22,079 nt of DNA from Paramicrosporidium saccamoebae KSL3 (taxonomy: Eukaryota > Fungi > Cryptomycota). Shown here one piece after another: positions 19,762 to 22,079 of the stretch (position 1 is the first letter of the stretch; each line of letters starts with the position of its first letter). The DNA lies in NCBI GenBank assembly GCA_002794465.1, contig MTSL01000005.1, positions 1 to 22,079 of the forward strand. Direction: 5' to 3'. The notes under the pieces are model-generated. The model was given only the letters and a program-made list of their open reading frames with translations. It searched no databases and was not told the DNA's origin. A program made the translations under genes and the position numbers.

Positions 19762-20020
19762 AAATAAAAACGCATGTCTTTTTGTGCTTTTTGTAATAAA
19801 AACTCAATCTCCGACCCGGAAATATATTATTAAAATCCCAATAGTAAAGACACTCTTCGTCCATGGATATACCACGTCATGTGATTGTGTGACGTAGAAG
19901 ACTGATTAGTTGGGTACTTGAGGATAGTTCCCTAGTTTGGAGAAGGGATAATCAGAACAATCGATGAAGGATAATGTTATTTGTGAGACTATAAATGGGT
20001 CGTTGGACCGACTGAATAAA

Positions 20021-20063
20021 TTCTCTTCTCTTCTCGTCCCATCTCGTCCCATCTCGTCTCTTC
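20021..20063. repeat. Short pyrimidine-rich tandem repeats (TTCTC, TCTCGTCCCA)
   Basis: TTCTC x3 running into TCTCGTCCCA x2 plus a partial copy. Confidence 0.6.
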
Positions 20064-20079
20064 CCGCCTGACAGAATCC

Positions 20080-20106
20080 GTGGTATTATCCCCACTACGC
20101 GACAAT
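20080..20106. repeat. Dispersed 27-bp motif, copy 2
   Basis: GTGGTATTATCCCCACTACGCGACAAT; 26/27 identical to 485-511. Confidence 0.85.
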
Positions 20107-20194
20107 TGCTATGTTATATTCGCTATATGGCCCGTGGATATATTCGCACCCGTTTTTTTATTTACTTCTTTTACAGATCGCTTCGGTATTCTAT

Positions 20195-22079
20195 TTACTT
20201 TTTCGATTTGATTGTCTTGTAAAAGGACATCAGCTTGCTCTTGTCCTTTCGAGGCTTAGCTGGCTTGTCATCGGTCGCCAGTGGAGGTGCTTCTTCCTCA
20301 GTCTTGGGCTCCTCCATCTTATCTGCACCCTCCTCAGTAGCCATTGCTTCGGACGTCGGGTCCACTGCTACTGCTGCCGCGGATGTCGATGTTGCTTCAG
20401 ACTCAGCAACCGCTGAAGACTCCATCGATGCACCAGGGACTACTCCCGCTGATTCTTCTGCTGTAGTCGACTCCGATGCTCCTACTGTTCCGGGGACAGC
20501 ATCTGCTGCTCCGTGAGAAAGGTCTCCTTCTTTTGGGGCAGCATCGACAGCTGCCTCAAATATGGCTTCAGCAACTACTTCTGGCTTGATTGGGGAACGG
20601 CCAGCATCAGCAGCGGCCTGTTCTGCCAAGGCTTCCACTGGCTCATGTCCCTGCACCTGTTCTGCAATCGCAGTAGCAGTTGCCTCCTCAGCTGCCTCCA
20701 TCTCGGCAATCTTTTCCTCCTCGGGCTCCTCTTTGAGGGCTTCCAACAAGTCTGCACCCTCCTCTCCCGTTTCGGCAGTTATCATTCCTCCAGCATTCTC
20801 TGCCTCCTGAGGTCCCTCCTTGAGAGCATCAAACAGGGACTCTTCCTCCTTGGGTGTCTCAGCAGCTAGGCCAGGAAAATCTTCAGAGGCATCCGGAATT
20901 GCAATCGCAGCTTCCACAGGAGCAGCTTGTTCAAATTTTGGCTTGGATGGAGCCTCGACAATCTCAATGACCTTTGGCTTTGCCGGCTCCCCGATTGGGA
21001 ATGCGGTATTAATCGGCTCCATTGGATCCTCAGGAAGAGGAAGTGCCTCCCCTGGTGTCGGCGACGGAACATGTTCGGCCTCAAAAGGTCCCATGCCAGC
21101 GGCTCCTTCTTCTTCTTCGGGAGATGCAAACTCGGGTGCGTCAGCTACCTCTACTAACGGCGATGTGGCTCCCTCCGCTGCAGGGAAGGCATCTTTGATT
21201 GCATCCGTTACTGTATCTGTATGTCCCATGCCCATTGTATCTGCATGTCCCATGCCCATTGCGTCTCCATGTGTCATGCCCATTGTGTCTCCTGCATGTG
21301 CCATACCCATGGTATCTCCATGTGTCATGCCCATTGTATCTCCATGCGCCATGCCCATTGTATCTGCATGTCCCATGCCCATTGTGTCTGTATGTCCCAT
21401 GCCCATTGTGTCTCCTGCATGCGTCATACCCATTGTGTCTCCTGCGTGTGTCGTATCCATCGCGTCTCCTGCATGCGTCATACCCATTGTATCACCTGCA
21501 TGTCCCATGCCCATTGTATCACCATGTGACATGCCCATTGCATCTCCTGCATTTGTCATGCCCATTGTGTCTCCTGCATGTGTCATGCCCATTGTATCTC
21601 CTGCATGTCCCATGCCCATTGTATCACCTGCATGCGCCATATCCATTGTGTCTCCTGCATGCGCCATACCGAATGTGTCTCCTGAATGCGTCATGCCCAT
21701 TGTCTCCGCTGGCTCCTGCGTTTGTGTTTGTGTTTGTGCTAGTGATGGTGCCTCTACAATCTCTACATGATGAGGGGCACTCTTGCCGGATTCATGCGTT
21801 GCCGCTGCTGCTCCTGCAATTCCTGCAGCTCCTAAGGCGGCACCTGCACCTGCGCCCATAGCCATGGCTGGCATTGCTGAAGACTCTTCGTCTTCGTCGC
21901 TCTCTTCAGCGTCATTGGGATTCTGTGCATCTTCGATTCCCTTTTGGATAAACACGCTAACTGGACGTGCATTGTCATCCAACTTTACAATTTTGCTCTG
22001 GTGTTCATCCTGTCCATCTCCAGGAATCACAGTTTCGGCATCCGCAAGTGCAAGTGCTGATGGAACCTCGGGATTCTCA
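20195..22079 (-). CDS. Large acidic low-complexity protein with His/Met repeat array and basic C-tail; 5'-partial
   Basis: The frame is open to the right edge (ENPEVPSALALADAETVIPG..). Glu/Ala-rich with a Lys-rich tail. A possible 31-nt terminal intron (20168-20198) would move the stop to 20158. Confidence 0.85.
   Translation of the reverse strand, partial: ENPEVPSALALADAETVIPGDGQDEHQSKIVKLDDNARPVSVFIQKGIEDAQNPNDAEESDEDEESSAMPAMAMGAGAGAALGAAGIAGAAAATHESGKSAPHHVEIVEAPSLAQTQTQTQEPAETMGMTHSGDTFGMAHAGDTMDMAHAGDTMGMGHAGDTMGMTHAGDTMGMTNAGDAMGMSHGDTMGMGHAGDTMGMTHAGDAMDTTHAGDTMGMTHAGDTMGMGHTDTMGMGHADTMGMAHGDTMGMTHGDTMGMAHAGDTMGMTHGDAMGMGHADTMGMGHTDTVTDAIKDAFPAAEGATSPLVEVADAPEFASPEEEEGAAGMGPFEAEHVPSPTPGEALPLPEDPMEPINTAFPIGEPAKPKVIEIVEAPSKPKFEQAAPVEAAIAIPDASEDFPGLAAETPKEEESLFDALKEGPQEAENAGGMITAETGEEGADLLEALKEEPEEEKIAEMEAAEEATATAIAEQVQGHEPVEALAEQAAADAGRSPIKPEVVAEAIFEAAVDAAPKEGDLSHGAADAVPGTVGASESTTAEESAGVVPGASMESSAVAESEATSTSAAAVAVDPTSEAMATEEGADKMEEPKTEEEAPPLATDDKPAKPRKDKSKLMSFYKTIKSKK
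21215..21703 (-). repeat. Coding tandem repeat: 19 units of 24 or 27 bp encoding TMGMxH(A)GD
   Basis: Eleven 9-aa and eight 8-aa units (163 aa), all in frame. Confidence 0.95.

Noticed and set aside
16361-20049. GGACGAGATGGGA at 16361-16373 matching the reverse complement of 20037-20049
   Set aside because: A 13-mer involving a low-complexity repeat; only marginal against chance.
20820-21861. Long plus-strand ORFs (316 aa Cys/Pro/Met-rich; 220 aa His/Leu/Cys-rich)
   Set aside because: Antisense shadows of the stop-poor repeat array. The minus frame is longer, open to the edge and has typical composition.

Overview
Gene-dense eukaryotic DNA, about 2.5 kb of 22 kb intergenic by my gene models. 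It holds 15 protein-coding genes and no recognisable tRNA, rRNA, transposon or CRISPR array. Spliceosomal introns are tiny (29-36 nt). Together with fungal/opisthokont-type housekeeping genes, this suggests a compacted fungal-relative parasite genome (Rozellomycota or early-diverging microsporidia such as Paramicrosporidium; inference only). Genes in order: PLPBP/YggS (partial, -), ANKRD13-like (-), CST26/LCLAT1-type acyltransferase (+), KLHDC4 (+), USB1 (+), SEC66 (-), mitochondrial MnSOD (+), glycogen phosphorylase (+), F-box-like orphan (-), RING-H2 protein (-), ribokinase (+), orphan (-), shortened Nup160-like protein (+), GOLPH3/VPS74 (+), HELLS/IRC5 (-). A sixteenth partial acidic protein (-) carries 19 His/Met-rich repeats. 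Most interesting: the His/Met repeat array; a 30-nt GC-AG intron separating the two catalytic motifs of the U6-processing enzyme USB1; a 27-bp motif repeated 19.6 kb apart; an apparently propeller-less Nup160 with a myristoylation-like N-terminus; and in-frame stops in every 3n intron. I cannot support a complete novel multi-gene system. All family assignments come from recalled motifs, not database searches.
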